Shown here in pieces: positions 24,820 through 34,289 of a stretch of DNA of 64,000 bases. Within the stretch, counting starts at the first letter, position 1. The number at the start of each line of letters is the position of its first letter. The stretch comes from a virus (taxonomy: Duplodnaviria; Caudoviricetes). The notes under the pieces were generated by a model, which worked only from the letters and a program-made list of their open reading frames with translations, did not search any database and had not been told where the DNA came from. The DNA is taken from positions 1-64,000 of IMG/VR virus record IMGVR_UViG_3300032167_000083. The stretch is one strand, 5' to 3'. Position numbers and translations under genes: made by a program.

Positions 24820-25152
24820 TCACTGTTCCTCCTTATATAAGTGTTTATTTATTTCTTCCATATTGAATTTAAATTCAGGATATTGTACATATCCACTCCA
24901 ATTTGTATTTCCTGTTGATGTTCCTAAATTATTATCAATAAGCCATTGGATTATATTAGGATTATTATTAACATCAATATAAGAATAATTTTCTTCACAT
25001 TTAATTCCAATATTAACTGTTAAATCTCCAAATGGCTCTGGATAACCCTCACTTGTAGTTATCATACCTACATATAAATTATCATTTTCTATATAGTTAT
25101 CAAGAATTAAATAAATATCGAATTCTTTACCATATGAATTTAGTTTCAACAT
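24820..25152 (-). CDS. DUF4313-like protein
   Basis: Y..N.NLYV, PEPFGDLTVN, YIDVNN, SGYVQYP.F.F motifs. Confidence 0.7.
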   Translation of the reverse strand: MLKLNSYGKEFDIYLILDNYIENDNLYVGMITTSEGYPEPFGDLTVNIGIKCEENYSYIDVNNNPNIIQWLIDNNLGTSTGNTNWSGYVQYPEFKFNMEEINKHLYKEEQ

Positions 25153-25186
25153 TTTTATTTTCTCCTTTCAAAAACTGTCAAATACA

Positions 25187-26102
25187 TTACTGTTCTTCAC
25201 CATCATAAACATAATCATATTTTAACCCATATAAATTTTCGTTAATTATATTTCTATGATGATTTTTAAAGTCAAATTTAAAATTTTCAATTTGTTGATT
25301 TATCGAATATGCTCGATTACTTCCATAAAACACATATTCATTTCCTTCCTTTAATTTTTTAATGATGAATTGTTTTAATTTTGTAACACTTGTTGTTGCC
25401 ATAATTACATGTAATGGTTGGTCTAATACATTACAACAATATACCATATAAATTTGTTTTTTAGATTTGTTCATATTATTCACCTCCCTTTAATAAATTT
25501 TCTAATGTTGAAATATATCCTGAAATAATTTCAATCAAATCAAGATTTCCTGTATTCTTAAATTCATTATTAGCATCAAATAACGATTCAAGAATATTTG
25601 TTATTGTTGTAGCTGAAAGCTTTGTTTGAAAACTTTCAAATGCTTCATTAAGTTTATTAATTTCTTGTGTTGTTCTTTTAATATAATCTTCAAACATTTG
25701 AATTGTTTTCTTTTCAACTCTCTTTATGATTTCTTCTTCATTTATATTTTGAATAATTTTTGTTGTTACTGCAAAATATCTATAATCACTATCAGTAATA
25801 TTTTTATCATTTAAAAATACATTTCGTGATATACCACTTGTTTTTAAATTCCAATCTGCACCATTTCTATGATAATTTAAATATGCAAAATTATTTTTTT
25901 CATCTTTTATAGAAATATCATAGCTTGCTGCAGTGTCTGGAATTAATTTTGCAATTTCAGAATAAGGTTTGAGAAGATTGTATAATGTGTTTAATTTCTT
26001 AATTACAATTTGTTTTCCTTGTTTAAGACTTGTCTCTTTTGTTCTTTTAAGCTCTTCTGTGATTTTTGTCATTTCTTCAACTTTTAATAATAATTCTTTC
26101 AT
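25187..26102 (-). CDS. two hypothetical genes (25187-25483, 25476-26102 coiled-coil)
   Basis: ORFs with RBSs. Confidence 0.65.
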
Positions 26103-26156
26103 TTTAATTTCTCCTTTTCTTTTTAAAAAATATTTTTGAAAACTGTCAAATAATTC

Positions 26157-26350
26157 TTGACATTTTCTTTAAAGTGTGTTATAATAAAATTAAGATAAAG
26201 AGAGGATGTTGAGTCCTCTCGATATCTGTCAGAATTAATTATCTGCAAGCAGGAATAACTAATTCTTTTTTATGCTCGTTGTGAGTCACCGATCCTGACT
26301 CAACAACTAATTTCCAGATGGTTTCGTTTTGGAAGCCATCTTTCTTTTTT
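26157..26350 (+). ncRNA. antisense sRNA candidate 2 with own promoter and terminator
   Basis: TTGACA(26157)-N17-TATAAT, 5' hairpin GAGAGGA/TCCTCTC, AATTATCTGCAAGCAGGA core, terminator AGATGGTTTC/GAAGCCATCT+T-run. Confidence 0.65.
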
Positions 26351-26361
26351 AGATTAACCAT
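26239..26361 (-). CDS. 40-aa peptide ending PACR
   Basis: RBS AAAGGAAGTGA + ATG; MVNLKKKDGFQNETIWKLVVESGSVTHNEHKKELVIPACR. Confidence 0.6.
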   Translation of the reverse strand: MVNLKKKDGFQNETIWKLVVESGSVTHNEHKKELVIPACR

Positions 26362-26788
26362 AATATCACTTCCTTTCATGTAAATTATGCTTAACGTTAT
26401 TCGTCACCCAACAAAATACAATTAAATCATTTCAATATTTGATGAAAATCCAAGTCTTGCATCATTACAAACCTCATTAATTATATCTTTTCCGATATTT
26501 TCCATGGTATCTTTCCCATACAAATTACAAAGATTTTTCCAAATCTCATAATTCAACATGCCTTTTGATAAATAATAGTTAATGCTATGTACTATCATTT
26601 CCTCTTTAATCATCACTTCTGTTTTCATTTTTTTCTCCTTTCGATTTCTTAATTGTTTCTTCTGCTTCTGAATATGTGTCCTCAGAACCAATGAATTCAC
26701 CATTAAAATAAATTTCATAATGTCCTCTATTGTTGATAATTTCATAGTTATCCATAATATCACCTCTTTTTCATTATATTTATATAAA

Positions 26789-27253
26789 CTACTTCAAAAC
26801 ACCTCTTTCTATTAGGAGTTTATATGTAGTACCAATCAACATAGCTAATTTACTATTTCTCCTTGCTTGACCTGATGAATATAAGGACCAATCAAATGTC
26901 TTTAGCAAATGGTTAACACCTGCATATGATCCCTCTCTAATATCTCTTAGATATTCATATTCATCTCTTGACAAATAGCTGCAATTGAAATATACATCAT
27001 GAGCATATTCAAATTGTAAATCTGCTAATTGACTTCCTGTTTGTTTAATATTGCATTTTGATAAATAACAATCAGGTTTCTTATTTTGAGTTGATTTCAC
27101 CAAATCTCTTGTGAAATCCCAAATCCATCCTTCTTTGAATAGATTATCTTCAATATTATAACAAAGAACTTTCTTGTTTTGTTTGTTAACTTTTAAAATG
27201 GATATAATTACCCATTTTTTGTTTATTATTGAACCGATATCATATTTAATCAT
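26789..27253 (-). CDS. hypothetical protein
   Basis: 154-aa ORF with AGGAGG RBS. Confidence 0.7.
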   Translation of the reverse strand: MIKYDIGSIINKKWVIISILKVNKQNKKVLCYNIEDNLFKEGWIWDFTRDLVKSTQNKKPDCYLSKCNIKQTGSQLADLQFEYAHDVYFNCSYLSRDEYEYLRDIREGSYAGVNHLLKTFDWSLYSSGQARRNSKLAMLIGTTYKLLIERGVLK

Positions 27254-27268
27254 TTGATATTCCTCCTT

Positions 27269-27604
27269 TTATTTTACACTTTTTATTATATAGTTTTTAT
27301 CCCAATCTGTCAACTCATCAAAGATAACAGTTATCATTGTATCTTCTTCGAATTGTTCTGGATTGTCTGTTGTGAAGCTATATAATTTGTCATTAGGATG
27401 TCTAATAATAATTGTATTACCTTCAATTGAATGTATTGCACATTCTCTTGTTCTGTTAGATTTAACATACAAAGGTGTGATTAATAAAGCTAAAATAGAA
27501 ATAAATACAATTACCCCAAGTATTCGCTTGTTTCTCCTTTCTCTCTTTTTTCTTTGAACTTCTCTGAGGAATCTTCTTCCCTCAAATGAATAGTTTTTCT
27601 CCAT
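27269..27604 (-). CDS. membrane-anchored protein, paralog of 32860..33297
   Basis: Basic N-terminus, one TM; R.C.I...I.HPN...Y.F...I.V.F.EL shared. Confidence 0.7.
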   Translation of the reverse strand: MEKNYSFEGRRFLREVQRKKRERRNKRILGVIVFISILALLITPLYVKSNRTRECAIHSIEGNTIIIRHPNDKLYSFTTDNPEQFEEDTMITVIFDELTDWDKNYIIKSVK

Positions 27605-28391
27605 AACTATTCTCCTTTCGTAAAATATTAGAGTGTTGACCACTCAAGTAAAGCTTAATAATATTAAACTTGACTTCAATAGTCAACTGCGGAAATCCAG
27701 AAATTTCGCCTATATAGAGTTTTATTTTTAAAAATATTCAGTTTGAAAATATTTTTCTATTTTTTAATCGCCCTATAACATTAAACCCTCTGGGATTTTC
27801 ACAAAACCCATACAGTATTTCACAATAAACCATAGGCTGTCTGGGATAAAATGTTTTGTCTTTCTTTAAAACATTGCCAACATTACCTAACACACCGAGT
27901 CCTTCCTGTTCCACTGTACTTTTTCACCTCCTTATCTTATGTACAAGGTGGATTTCCCACACCAAATAGTTCTTTGAAGGGTGAACATTTCAATTTCCCA
28001 TGTAAACAAATTCAAATAATTAACACGCATAGCCTTCCACAACTATGCATATTAATTGTGTATTTTTGAATTTGCTGAGATATTATATAATATCTCTTTA
28101 AACACATCAGAAATTATTTCTATATTTCTAATATGCTTAAAGAGACACTACATAAGTGCCTCTTGTTTTTTATTAGTCGAACTTTGTAGCCCAACCACTA
28201 TCATCTCTTTCTGGATTGTACATTTAAATCACCTCCATATTCTCATCAGAGTATTTTAACTCTTTTGAGTAATATTCCTCTATTGATATCTTTCCATCAA
28301 GATAATCTTTATCTCTTTGAGAAAGTCCATCATAGTCTTTAAGTGATAAATAACAATATAATGAATATGCATTCATTTTCAATACATCCTT

Positions 28392-30047
28392 TCATATAGT
28401 ATAATATTCTTCATTCCAATCATCATTGCAAGCATAATGACTTCTACCTTGTTTCTCTAAAGAATAAGTACTAACCTTGATTTCTCCACAATGTCCTTCT
28501 GTTACAATCTCTGCAACAAAATCCATATATTCTGGATTATCATTATTATACTTATTTTTTATAAGCATATGGATATATTTATTTTTGTAAGAAGAATCAA
28601 CATAATAATAACGTTTTTTATAACCATTAGTTCTCAGCCAACTTTTGATTACTCCCTTTAATTCTCTCTTCGTTCTTCTTTCTTCTCTTGTTTTCATAAT
28701 ATATTTCCTTTCCCCACCAAGCCAATGGTAAATCATTATTCACTTGCTTGTATCTTTTATTATTTTTTGTTCGCAAATAATGACTGTTTATTATGAAGTA
28801 TAGAGTATTAAATACTCAATCGAGAACAAGATAATGTGTTGCTTGTGATGTTATATCTTACTCTTGCTCTCTGTTCAGTATTTAATGATTAATTACACTC
28901 ATAATACAATACGTTTTTCCATCGGATACTTTTACATAATATGGTCCTGCAAAACTATAAAACACTTTTGCGTTCGGAAAAAGTTTTTTGACAGCCAGTT
29001 TTGGTGTTCTGGCTTCTACTTCAATAGTAGGACCTTTTTCGTTTTCTAATGTTAATGTAAATTTCATATCAATTACTCCTTTCTTGACCCTTATACGTAT
29101 AGGAAGATATGTATTGAAACCCATACAAGAGTTTATTTTTTCTTTAGAGTATTAAATACTCAAAAAGAGAGAGGAACATTTATTCCGCAATTCCGCATTG
29201 TTCCTCTCCTATTTTCAGTATTTAATTATTTAACTGACAATAATTCAAAAAGAGTATTGGCTTTTTCAAAATCATTACCTTTATATATTACTCCTTTATT
29301 TTCAAGCAATACCTCTACTTCTGAAATTTTTCCTTTTCCATCATCAGATATCGAAAAGATATAGATTAATGCTATGTATTCATTTTCGTTTGTTTTACCA
29401 AACCTATCCATACTTGCGGCTTGTACGAACAAAGAATGTTCTTCATCTGTTATATAGTCTATTGGATAGCATTTTCCTTCAATTACTCTGTATTCACCTT
29501 TGTACCCATCTGTCAACATGAACTCTTGATATAAACTACCATCTTCATCAACATGCCATTCAAATGGATCTGGAGAATACATATCTCGCATCATAGCTTC
29601 TTCATTGTCGTCTATACGTTTCTTTGAACGTATTCCGTTGCCACCATTATATAAGCGTTCCCAACGGATATCTCTTCCTGCTGTTTTGCTCTTGCCGTAA
29701 TTGAGGTAATCTTTACCTCTTATGTTTCGAGATTTGTGAAAAATATTTGCTTTACGTGTTCTTCTTCTGGCTTCTTTATTTGGATTAACAAATAATTCAT
29801 TATCCAGAAGGTTATCTTCTTCTTCAAACAGCATCATTATTTCATATGCTTTGAAATCATCATACAAATCTCCGAAAAGACTCGCTTCATCGATGCCACT
29901 TAAATTTGTTTCTAATTCCTCAAGTCTTGAGGTTTTTTCTGTTTCTTTTTTGTTGTTTTCTACAACAAGTTCCTCCACTGCTGCCTCAAATAAAGCTTTA
30001 TCAAAAGCTTCTTCTGCTTTCAGCAATGCTTTTTCTAATGTTGTCAT
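28392..30047 (-). CDS. three hypothetical genes (28392-~28697, 28882-~29067, 29226-30047) separated by structured spacers
   Basis: ORFs with RBSs. Confidence 0.65.
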
Positions 30048-30386
30048 ATTAAATCATTCCTTTCGTTTAACTTATGTACCCATCTCATAAGACTACACCT
30101 ATGACACTGAGCTATGCTCAAAATGTAGTTTTGTAATTATATCAGGTATAGAGTAATTTAATACTCAAGCAAGCACACGATAAAGCTCGTATGCTTAATC
30201 AGTATTAAATTGTAATCAAGAATATCAAGTCGCTTTAGGTAAAAATGAGACAACTCAGCAATATCTGAGGTGGTTGCTCCGTCTTTGCTAAAGATATTCT
30301 CTAAAGGAATATATCCTCTTTAAATCACACAATAAAACTCGTATGATTTAAGGAAGAGGGTTCAAGCTGAACCCATTCCTGTTTTA

Positions 30387-31292
30387 TTATCTTTTTAATA
30401 ACCAATCTGAAATTGATAATACTTTTTTGTTGGTTGATTGACCTGAATTAACAGTTAACCATCTCTGGTATTCTAATTCACCATAATGATTAACAATATA
30501 ATCAACAGCAGCACCTAATGTGCTGAATCTCTCTGCCCAAAGAGTGTTACTGTCACTCTTTTCGAACCAATACAAATCAACTTTATCTGTGTTTGGATAA
30601 CACAATATAACAGCAGGCTCTGTATTTGTCCACCCAAACCCTATCGCTTTAAAACATTTTGAGATATTGTATCTCATCATATTTAAACGATATTCCATTT
30701 CTTGTGCCTTTTCCAAGCTGTTAAATTTTTGTTCTTGAAGTACTGGAGCAAAAGGAACATTAAGTTTGTAACTCTTTTCAATAAGAGCATACATCTCTTC
30801 CTCATTGCCCAAATCATCATAGACAGTTGTTTTACCATCTAATTTAATTTCCTCTGTAATCGTATTAGAAATCTTATTGATGATAACAGGACGATTATCT
30901 GACTTCAATAACTCAGAGAGCTTTTTAGCAGCTTCTTCAGCTTCTTTGATAAGCTCATCTGTTGTCCATTTATGTCCATCAGAGGCATAATTGAATGTCA
31001 TATAATCTCCATAATGAGCATAATCCCATCCAATCCATACTCCATCAGGATGATAATCTAACTTACCATTAAAAGTAAGTCCACCATGTACATCTAATGG
31101 AATCTCATCATAATGAGTATTCTCATATTTAGTACCCTTAACATTGAGGTAAGTACATGGATGTGTTCCAAGATTAAGAATAATCCATTCTACATCATCT
31201 GTAGTTCCTGTAGCTAAAGGTCCTACATATCTGGTTTCTCTGCTGTAGTTCATTTCTACAATCTTGTGTGTTCTGTTCATGTTCTTTTTCAT
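30387..31292 (-). CDS. hypothetical phage protein
   Basis: N-terminal HPCTY...VHGGLTF...WIGWDYAH module common in phages. Confidence 0.7.
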   Translation of the reverse strand: MKKNMNRTHKIVEMNYSRETRYVGPLATGTTDDVEWIILNLGTHPCTYLNVKGTKYENTHYDEIPLDVHGGLTFNGKLDYHPDGVWIGWDYAHYGDYMTFNYASDGHKWTTDELIKEAEEAAKKLSELLKSDNRPVIINKISNTITEEIKLDGKTTVYDDLGNEEEMYALIEKSYKLNVPFAPVLQEQKFNSLEKAQEMEYRLNMMRYNISKCFKAIGFGWTNTEPAVILCYPNTDKVDLYWFEKSDSNTLWAERFSTLGAAVDYIVNHYGELEYQRWLTVNSGQSTNKKVLSISDWLLKR

Positions 31293-31426
31293 AGCTTTAA
31301 CCTTTCCCTCACCTATCCAATGAGTCAACTCTAACCATGCAGCTCTTTGAGCACTTGATAGTTTATAATATATTTACTCACCATCAGAGTCGTTTGCTAT
31401 AAATGTCCGAAATTTGTTGCCAATGA

Positions 31427-31483
31427 TGTCTGTTTCGGCTCATGCCATCATCAGGTCCTGGACTTTTACCAGAACGACAGACA
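31427..31483 (-). ncRNA. type III hammerhead ribozyme
   Basis: UGUCU-GUC^-GUUCUGG/CCAGGAC-CUGAUGA-U-GGC AUGA GCC-GAAA-CAGACA: complete catalytic core and stems I-III. Confidence 0.9.
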
Positions 31484-31511
31484 AGAGGAGTTGTTTCACT
31501 CCTCTTTTTGT

Positions 31512-31679
31512 TTAACTTATCATTGCTATGGCTGATAGTATCCATATTGATGCAAATGATACTCCGACAAAAGAGAGTAATTCAAAAAATATTTTTATAT
31601 TTTCTCTCTTTTCGGCTTTTCTTTTTTCTTGTCTTGCGACAAATTCTTCTCTTGTTGATGGTGTTGTTCTTTTTTTCAT
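31512..31679 (-). CDS. small protein with C-terminal TM helix
   Basis: AAGGAAGGA RBS, basic N-terminus, hydrophobic C-terminus. Confidence 0.6.
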   Translation of the reverse strand: MKKRTTPSTREEFVARQEKRKAEKRENIKIFFELLSFVGVSFASIWILSAIAMIS

Positions 31680-31980
31680 AATTATTCCTTCCTTTCCACA
31701 CATCAGTAAAACCCAGAAAAAGTTCCTATATAGTAAAGATTTATATGAACTTTACACTTCTGAGTTTTACTACTTCTACCCATTTCGCCCCACAGTCTAA
31801 AACTTTTATAGGAGCTTAAGAAAAGCTCAAAAGATTACTAAGAAAGTAATCAATTTACTACTAAAATAAGTAGTTATGTACTTAAGATAAGCACTACTTC
31901 TCTTAACCTATATTACACTAATATAGGATTTAATGAAGGTTTTTCGTTCAAGGGGATAACCTACAACCCCATTTTACCTC

Positions 31981-32352
31981 CTATTGAGGAGCAACTACCA
32001 AGCATCCTAATGATGCATAATAATTGGTATCAACATCAACTTCACCATCACAATAAATTAATGGCTCAATTGTTGTGTATTCATCTTCATATGATGCTAT
32101 TCTTGAACCATAACAACATACTACTTTTAGATGAATATTACTACCAATCATATTTGATAGCTCCTCAAGAGTATATTCCTCATCATCAAGAAGAATATAT
32201 CCATCTTCTGTTCCATGACAAAACATAAGTAAGCCATGAGAAGATGAATTAACTACTGCAAAGTCAGCTTGATCAAGACCAACTCTACAAACGTCATTGA
32301 ATTCTTCTTGATTTATAAAGATATACTCTTTGGTACTTACACTATTAATCAT
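31981..32352 (-). CDS. acidic protein, possible caspase/CHAT-fold peptidase
   Basis: LLMFCHG...G.I.L.D...T.EEL...LKVVCCYG spacing resembles the His-Gly/Cys dyad of CHAT domains. Confidence 0.45.
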   Translation of the reverse strand: MINSVSTKEYIFINQEEFNDVCRVGLDQADFAVVNSSSHGLLMFCHGTEDGYILLDDEEYTLEELSNMIGSNIHLKVVCCYGSRIASYEDEYTTIEPLIYCDGEVDVDTNYYASLGCLVVAPQ

Positions 32353-32539
32353 AGTGAATACCTCCCTTCTGTTGTCATATCCAAAGGTTCCGACTATAGC
32401 GACAACTACTATAACCTTGCTTATATGCTCAAGACATATAAGACTAAAGGAAATCTCTTTCCTTTTACTAAACTCTATATAAAATTAACTATATAAAGTT
32501 TAATAAAAGAAAAGAGACTCATTTCTGAGCCTCATTCCT

Positions 32540-32752
32540 TTAATAAATTTCATTCCTGATAATATCATCAGGAGTGTATTTTTTTGTAAGGAGAGCAAAT
32601 TTTATAACGAATATGAAATCTGGCTCTGTTTTCCCATTTTCATAGCTCGACAAAGTCGCTCTTGTGATACCTAAAGCATCGGCAAGTTCTTGTTGAGTAA
32701 AACCAATTTTCTTTCGGGCATTTTTTATTCCGTTTGCAATATCGTATGCCAT
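32540..32752 (-). CDS. XRE/Cro-C1 family HTH regulator
   Basis: IKNARKKIGFTQQELADALGITRATLSSYENGKTEPD. Confidence 0.9.
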   Translation of the reverse strand: MAYDIANGIKNARKKIGFTQQELADALGITRATLSSYENGKTEPDFIFVIKFALLTKKYTPDDIIRNEIY

Positions 32753-32859
32753 ATTTTTTCCTCCTATAAGTATTTTTACCTGTAAAGCTTGTTTGTGTAT
32801 CACCAATTACGATTAACTAACCCGATACACTTAGATTAGTTAAAAGTTGAACATCAATT

Positions 32860-33297
32860 TTACTCGTTAATATCTTTGATACTTACAAGCTTAAGTTCCT
32901 GTTCTAATACAGGCTTTTCGACATCTTCTATAGAAACAAGATTTTGTTCTAATACAGGCTTTTCAACATCTTCTATAGATTTTAAAACTTCTTTTGGATT
33001 TCCTGAATTAACAGTATAATCCTCTTTGTTAAGCTTTAATTCATTAAAAGATACTTTTATTATAGTATCTTCTTTGTATAGATTACTATCATAAGCAAAG
33101 AAATCATAGTATTCTCCATTTGGATGAAGTACTGTAACTACTTTATCAGCTTCTTGAATAACTCTACAATTTCTAACTGTATGAGCTTTACTATAGGCTG
33201 TATAACCCAATGTCATTACTACTACTAACCCTGCAACCAATAAACCTTTTTTCATAACTTTCTCCTCAGCTCTTGATACTATCTCCACTGACCTCAT
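32860..33297 (-). CDS. membrane-anchored protein with duplicated SIEDVEKPVLEQ repeat
   Basis: N-terminal TM/signal; paralog of 27269 gene; near-perfect internal tandem repeat. Confidence 0.7.
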   Translation of the reverse strand: MRSVEIVSRAEEKVMKKGLLVAGLVVVMTLGYTAYSKAHTVRNCRVIQEADKVVTVLHPNGEYYDFFAYDSNLYKEDTIIKVSFNELKLNKEDYTVNSGNPKEVLKSIEDVEKPVLEQNLVSIEDVEKPVLEQELKLVSIKDINE

Positions 33298-33321
33298 CTT
33301 GAGGATTTAAATATTTTTATT

Positions 33322-33390
33322 TTTCTCCACTCTGCATTTACAAGGGCTTGTGACCTTCTATACTCGTCAATATAGGCTGCATTAGAGAAA
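33322..33390 (-). ncRNA. twister ribozyme (P1 type)
   Basis: UUUCUC U^AA UGCA GC-[P3 CUAUA/UAUAG]-AAG GUCACAAGCC CUU-GUAAA-UGCA GAGUG GAGAAA fits the twister consensus and both pseudoknots. Confidence 0.88.
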
Positions 33391-33410
33391 GGGAGTTTTA
33401 ACTCCCTTTT

Positions 33411-33695
33411 TTATTCGAAAGATACACTTTCAAGGAATTTTTTATATTCCTCTTCTTGTATTTTTTCCAGTTCTTCTTTTATGTTCGGTTCTTCTTCGAA
33501 CATTTCATAGGTTATGTCTTTTGCCCAATTTTCAAGAACTTTCATTCTTGTTTCTTCGTCAGCTTTTAAAAAAGCTTCGAATATAAAATTAAACAACTCG
33601 GTATCCATTTCGAATACTTGATATTGTTCTGGGCTTTCTACAACTATGTTAGTTGTATTTTTAATCTTGTTGTCTGTGATTGTAAATTCTTTCAT
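33411..33695 (-). CDS. acidic hypothetical protein, first gene of the minus-strand block
   Basis: ATG after AAAGGA RBS. Confidence 0.7.
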   Translation of the reverse strand: MKEFTITDNKIKNTTNIVVESPEQYQVFEMDTELFNFIFEAFLKADEETRMKVLENWAKDITYEMFEEEPNIKEELEKIQEEEYKKFLESVSFE

Positions 33696-34289
33696 GATTT
33701 TTCCTTTCTTGCCTTTTCGGGCTGACAACTTTCACATTTAATTAGGATAAGATGTCAAGCTTACCTACCTCATCTTTTGTGAGGATTTAATTAATGAATA
33801 CGTTAAAGTCGTTTCATTTATTCGACTTTACATATTCATTCATTTTTTTTATACATATCATATAATATCCAGTCTATTTCCAAAACTGAAAATTCTGAAA
33901 AAAATTTTTTTACCCACCAGAAACCCTACCTTTTCTCCCACTCCACAATTTTAAACAAAAAAAGAGAGATTGCAAAACACAACCCCTCCAAAAAGAAACA
34001 TAGACAAATCATCTTTCAAACCTCTCTCACATTCAAATCTTAATCTTTTTCAAACAATCCAACACCAAATCCTCACCAACTCCATCTATCCATCAACTTA
34101 TATTATCAACTCCAAAAAATCGATTCTACGTCTCTATCATTCAAAAAACTCTAATAAACAAAAATGAGATGAATAAATCATCTCAAAAAAAAAGAGAGAT
34201 TACCAAAGTAACCTCTCTTAATAAATTTATTTATATAATTTACGAATGAACTTACATTATTCACTTCGTTCACAGATGAACTCACATTA

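Noticed and set aside
28245-28275. GAGTATTTTAACTC resembling the four-copy hairpin
   Set aside because: Lies within a small coding frame and lacks the partner arm
31442-31800. Plus-strand shadow ORFs here and throughout the minus-strand block
   Set aside because: No RBS, Phe/Ile/Leu-biased antisense translations of real genes; this one overlaps the hammerhead
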